64,000 bases of DNA from Podarcis melisellensis (Eukaryota): assembly GCA_964234715.1 (NCBI GenBank), contig OZ174277.1, one strand, 5' to 3'. Under the pieces are notes generated by a model that was given only the letters and a program-made list of their open reading frames with translations, was not told the DNA's origin and ran no database searches. The position numbers were made by a program, and so were the translations under genes. Positions 59,723 to 64,000 of this stretch are shown here, in pieces (positions within the stretch are counted from its first letter, which is position 1; each line of letters starts with the position of its first letter).

Positions 59723-61928
59723 TATATAGTTTGTTATGAGTAATGTTCTCCATGAGATGAAAATAATAAAAGACCCCAAAATGGACAGCAATCTCAATAT
59801 GTGGCAGTAGAGGATAATATGTCAGCACAAATAGAAAGCAATGGGAAAAGTGCTGAATTGCATCACAAGGTTTGTTTAGCCAGCCAAATTTCAGCACTTT
59901 GCAGCCCACTGATTTGAGTGAGAGTTATGAGTGTACTCAAGTCGTTCCCACTGAAACCAATGGAGCCTACATGACTTTGGCTAGAATGCCCATGCCCTTT
60001 GCATGCTGACCTCATTGCAAGATTGCTCTTAACAACTTCATAATTTATTATACTGGTCAACCCATGGGCTGCATGTCCCTTTAAACTAAAGCAAGGAAAA
60101 TATATTTGCAAGCTTGCTTAATTGACAGATTAAGGGCTCCCTTCCATACTACTGCAGTAGACAAACAAAACTGCTTCAAAACAAATAAATCTCTATGAAG
60201 CTTTTGGCATAAATTAGCATTTATTGTTATAAACTTTGGTTGCCCACTGTACTTCCTCTTTCCCTTGCACATGTTTTTCTATGTTAACTATGTGCTGTAT
60301 GCAAAACAGGCTGTAAAGAATATAAACAATATCTTTGTTGGAATCATATAATTAATACTATCAACGCTTTTTCGCGCCAAATATCCTTATTTGGGTCATT
60401 ACTTGAAGCATAATCAGGGCTGAAAGATACAACTCCCAGACTTCAGTCCATGTTGTAAACTTGGGGGATTATTGGGTTGTTCTTGTTTTCATTTTCATTA
60501 TGTACTTCATGTTTTTATTTTGTGATTTTATGTTGTGAACTACCCTGAGATGTGGATATAGGGTGATATACAAATGTAAACAACAACAACAACAAATGGA
60601 AGTCCATAAGACCACTACAGCCAAAAAGCCTAAAATGCAGCTGGGCATGCTGTGACTACTCATGCAAAGGGTGATCTGAAAACACACACCCTATCGCTTA
60701 TTATACAGTACTTTATTTTATATAGCTGGTTTTAAATTTATATTGGACTTTTCAATTATAAGCAAAATTTTCTTAAACAAATATTGATAAAACAAGCATA
60801 TATTTTAAATGCAAATATCAAATTGAACAGCAAAATAAAATAAACACCACACAGTGACACATTAAAGCATGAAAAGCTAAGTTCCCCTTATGCAAGTTTT
60901 CATTAGATAAAAATCAAGTGATTGTTCAGTAATGATTAGCACCTAAAAGTTCCTAACCCTGACCCTTAGCACACAGCAAAGAAGGCACCATGTGGACCTC
61001 TTTGGGGAGTGTATTCCCTTTTCCCTGAGTGACTGCCTCAACTCTGATGGTGGTGAGACATTAACATTGCAATCCTATCCCACTGTACTCAATGGGAATA
61101 ACTTCTAAGTAGACATGTGCACTATAAGGCTTACAATTACCCATTGTAAACACATATTTCCACCACCACCCCCAAATCTTAATCTCTGATAGAAATTTAG
61201 ACTCGCATCCACTCAGTCTCATCTTAGCTTCTCATTTCTCATTCTTATCCCCTTCACCCCGCAAGGTTGTTTTTTTCAGGGCAGGAACATTTTTTCCTCT
61301 TCTGTAAACAACATTGTTTCGTGCCTATTTGAACTGTGCCAACAGTAATCACTAATTCAGCAACATCTCAGTAGCTGTAGCTTTAAACCTCTCCCACTTT
61401 GCTCTCCACCAGAACACAGCTAGCGCTTGGGGGCAGATTCAAAGAGGTCATAAAGGGTCACAAGAATACTATTAACATCCACTTACACCCTGTGTCAGAA
61501 GAAGACAGCAAAAGGGCTCAGGAATGAAGATTTAGTATCTTGGTGAAAAGATCTGGTTTTACAAGATCCTTCACAGATAATGTCCTTCATTCCAAGGCAC
61601 TTTTGGCATTTTGTTCTGTGTTCCTTTGCCTCCCCTCTCCCCACACAAACACACTATTTGTATCAGGCTTCTGGAAGTAGGGTTTGGGTTTTTTTGGTTT
61701 GCAAAAGCCAGAGGAATTATAAACCTGGTCTTACTTTATCACAAATTAAGAATGCTCTTATGTAGAGAGAACCCACAAATCAGAAGCATGGGCACTGGGC
61801 AAACTGCTTTCATTCAAGTTGATAAAAAATGGCATAAACTTGTAAGGATAAGCTAGGAAAGGGGACACAAAGTTGTAGGGAATATGCAAAACTGGGGACA
61901 GGCATTAGGGCACTTGTTTCTGTATCAG

Positions 61929-62157
61929 ACCATTGCTCAGTCCCTGCTCCTGCCAACCCAGCGGTTGGAAAGCACGTCAAGTGCAAGTAGATAAATAGGT
62001 ACCGCTCCGGCAGGAAGGTAAACGGCGTTTCTGTGCACTGCTCTGGTTCGCCAGAAGTGGCTTAGTCATGCTGGCCACATGACCCGGAAGCTGTACGCCG
62101 GCTCCCTCGGCCAATAAAGCGAGATGAGCGCCGCAACCCCAGAGTCGTCAGCGACTG
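61929..62157 (+). mobile_element. Sauria SINE, truncated at both ends
   Basis: Body matches the reverse complement of 57788-58142; flanked by CTGTATCAG duplication. Confidence 0.9.
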
Positions 62158-64000
62158 TATCAGTATGAGAAGACCTCAAAATTAGCAAGACCAAAGAGGA
62201 GGGGAAGTCCCTCATTTTTAGGTCAGCATACATAGGGTGGGGTTCTGCAACAGGCTTAAATGGTTAACATTTACAAGCAGTAGACAGCAGTATTATGCTC
62301 CAATACTACTTGTTTCACTTTCGTTGGAACATTCACAAAATTGTGCTCTACAACTCAAAGTAGGTTTCAGAAGAGGACAGTTGCCAGAAGCAAAGATTTA
62401 GAATGTAAAAGCACATTATTTTACATGAAAGAGGAAATATGTTTACTATTTACATGCTGCAAGAGGAGGTCCATTCCTTAATTTAAAATTTCTGTGTCTT
62501 TTTGATAGTGAGTAAATTTTACTCTTCTCTTAAAACAAACATAGTTTAGTCCCCCAATCCTAGAACTTTTTTTGTGATCACAATTATTAGAATACTTTCA
62601 CAGGAAATATTCTGTACACTCAGAAAGGTCAGTTTAAAGAGAGCAGGAGGGAGGTTGTGTAGTTATTTCCGGAAACAGTTCAAACGCATGAACGATGATT
62701 GGTCTTGCTGACAGAAAAGGTTTTGAAGAATTACGCCCGCTACAAGCCTTGTGTAACACAGCTAACACAGTTAATTCCTATTGTGCCCTTCAAACAAATT
62801 CACTGAAGCTTAACCTGTCTTAACAGTAGTTTCGCTCTGCACACTCACTATTCATCATTCTTAAAATCCTCTAGATGCCAGGTATTAAAGGAAGCCCTGC
62901 GATATACGTAAATAATAATGTTGTCATAACACATTTTTGCCACATACAATTTTAGCAGAAAGGAAATAAACAAACTACAAGAGTTCAAGCTTCCCTGTGA
63001 CGTAACTACCTTGTAATTCAGTCATTAAATGACGACACACAAAACTTCATTCTAGAAAGTTATCAAAGTACTGTACAGTACAACATAACACACTGAACTG
63101 ACAGTAACTGCAAATTTATGCTTGTTTTCAGAATCCTCTAATGGAAGCATACAAAAAAAAAATGTTCTATAAAGTTTAAAATACAGAAAACGCACTGCAA
63201 ACAGTGTTCGAAACTCCCATCATTCTAGGCGCATTTTGCAACAGGGAATTTCATTAGGGCGAGCAGTTTCTGAGCTCTGGGCACAGTACTGCACCTAAGA
63301 TTTCAGATTAAAACTGCAGAGTGGAAGGAAAGGAGGACCTTTTTCTGCCTTTCCACTTCCAGCTACGCTCTGAAGACTGGAGAAGAGACCTTCTTAAGAA
63401 TATTAGGAGGTTGGGCATGAGAAGGAGTCAGACCATGTGAAAAGTAAACATAATATTTTAGCTGCAGTTCATTCATTTTCAGCTTTGTATTCATTATACA
63501 AAAGTGCGCCTAGACATTCTGTTGTTGTGCCCATAACCTATGTTTAAGGCGACAATTATCTCCTAGCTTTCATAACTCAGTTTCTAACACTGACTGTAAA
63601 GTGGGGAAGAGAACAGTATCAACTCTCTTCACCAGGCCTGTAACACTTTAATACAGTAAAACCTTTGTTTTGTATCTTACATACCTAAGGCAAAACCTAA
63701 GGTCAGATGGCATTCTGAGCTTTAATTCTGAGGATTGAGGATCAAGCATCTATATGATATATTTTATTGCAGGAAGCATGATAACTCAGGGACAAACAGA
63801 ATTTAGGAAACAAACACGGGCATTGCTTGTCATGAGCATTACATTACTACCAACCAACCTACCTACTTCAGAGAATAGCATATTCTTCCCCATACATTAA
63901 ATTCAATCCTTGCATACTTAGTTTATGCAAATAACAATGAAATGTGCAGAAATGTTGAGTGTAAAAATATCTTGCATCCTTCAGTTTATTTCATCTTGTT

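Noticed and set aside
37900-64000. Search for ANKRD6 exon 1/CpG-island promoter or another gene
   Set aside because: No CpG island or convincing coding exons; short ORFs are TE-derived or random. Treated as the 5' intron, though small non-coding exons cannot be excluded by eye.

Overview
Vertebrate genomic DNA. Full-length Sauria SINEs and the other repeat types point to a squamate, probably a lacertid lizard (inference). The window holds the complete coding region of ANKRD6 (diversin) on the minus strand: 15 coding exons from ATG 37050 to TAG 3448, all GT-AG and in frame, giving about 791 aa. It lies tail-to-tail with the last coding exon of LYRM2 (+, 563-643). About 37.2-64 kb appears to be the large 5' intron of ANKRD6; no promoter or exon 1 was found. 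The introns are full of non-autonomous TEs: Tc1/mariner-type, hAT and PIF/Harbinger MITEs with visible TSDs, SINEs, CR1/L2/L1 fragments, a Penelope-like remnant and solo LTRs. I found no prokaryote-style system. The most interesting observations are: (1) a hidden 98-codon alternative first coding exon of ANKRD6 (24988-25281) that would replace the first two ankyrin repeats with an acidic/aromatic plus basic NLS-like N-terminus; (2) a 67-aa in-frame extension of the penultimate exon, with a cryptic donor that would create a junction stop; (3) a mariner-type MITE family whose interior is an expandable 60-bp double-hairpin unit, amplified in one copy into a 19-unit higher-order array; (4) a 74-bp near-perfect inverted repeat and a sense-oriented L1 poly(A) signal in the last intron; (5) a solo LTR carrying an ORF. 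Protein and TE identifications come from remembered sequences and motifs, not database searches.
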